Source of the DNA: Tetramitus jugosus
Taxonomy: Eukaryota; Protista; Heterolobosea
Reading direction: 5' to 3'
Assembly: GCA_937625935.1 (NCBI GenBank)
Contig: OW569385.1
Span: 365,639 to 429,638 of the forward strand
Length of the DNA: 64,000 bases
Below, piece after piece: positions 63,301 to 64,000 of this stretch. The notes beneath the pieces were generated by a model. The model saw nothing but the letters and a program-made list of their open reading frames with translations, made no database searches and was not told the origin of the DNA. Each line of letters starts with the position of its first letter. Within the stretch, counting starts at the first letter, position 1. Position numbers and translations under genes: made by a program.

Positions 63301-64000
63301 TTTGGGTTTGGGTTTGGGTTTGGGTTTGGGTTTGGGTTTGGGTTTGGGTTTGGGTTTGGGTTTGGGTTTGGGTTTGGGTTTGGGTTTGGGTTTGGGTTTG
63401 GGTTTGGGTTTGGGTTTGGGTTTGGGTTTGGGTTTGGGTTTGGGTTTGGGTTTGGGTTTGGGTTTGGGTTTGGGTTTGGGTTTGGGTTTGGGTTTGGGTT
63501 TGGGTTTGGGTTTGGGTTTGGGTTTGGGTTTGGGTTTGGGTTTGGGTTTGGGTTTGGGTTTGGGTTTGGGTTTGGGTTTGGGTTTGGGTTTGGGTTTGGG
63601 TTTGGGTTTGGGTTTGGGTTTGGGTTTGGGTTTGGGTTTGGGTTTGGGTTTGGGTTTGGGTTTGGGTTTGGGTTTGGGTTTGGGTTTGGGTTTGGGTTTG
63701 GGTTTGGGTTTGGGTTTGGGTTTGGGTTTGGGTTTGGGTTTGGGTTTGGGTTTGGGTTTGGGTTTGGGTTTGGGTTTGGGTTTGGGTTTGGGTTTGGGTT
63801 TGGGTTTGGGTTTGGGTTTGGGTTTGGGTTTGGGTTTGGGTTTGGGTTTGGGTTTGGGTTTGGGTTTGGGTTTGGGTTTGGGTTTGGGTTTGGGTTTGGG
63901 TTTGGGTTTGGGTTTGGGTTTGGGTTTGGGTTTGGGTTTGGGTTTGGGTTTGGGTTTGGGTTTGGGTTTGGGTTTGGGTTGGGTTTGGGTTTGGGTTTGG
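63301..64000 (+). repeat. telomere (TTTGGG)n, about 116 units to the window end
   Basis: Near-perfect hexamer array with one TTGGG variant at 63979. Confidence 0.98.

Noticed and set aside
1-64000. tRNA or rRNA genes
   Set aside because: None were recognised by eye. tRNAscan-SE or Infernal would be needed to exclude them.

Overview
This window is a gene-dense eukaryotic chromosome end. Short GT-AG introns, the standard genetic code, three RGS-domain fusion genes, BBS2 and a (TTTGGG)n telomere point to a heterolobosean (Naegleria-like) amoeboflagellate; the taxon is inferred. Positions 1-48 kb hold mostly intact core genes: RPL21, BBS2, an ATD/DTD2-like deacylase, an RNB nuclease, CAND1, BRCA1-like, phytochelatin synthase, UBE2T, elongin C-like, NPL4, TBC1D22/Gyp1, a PDI and three RGS fusions. 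From about 48.3 kb the subtelomere is made of frameshifted or decayed genes, a bacterial-type secreted lysozyme-like gene and a virus-like ORF cluster. It ends in a ~4-kb unit (59281-63300) with a coiled-coil ORF and an intact-looking tyrosine recombinase. That unit lies between relic TTTGGG repeats (59219-59280) and the terminal telomere (63301-64000). It is the best candidate for an undescribed system: a telomere-embedded, RT-less tyrosine-recombinase element. All protein calls come from motif recognition by eye; no database searches were run.
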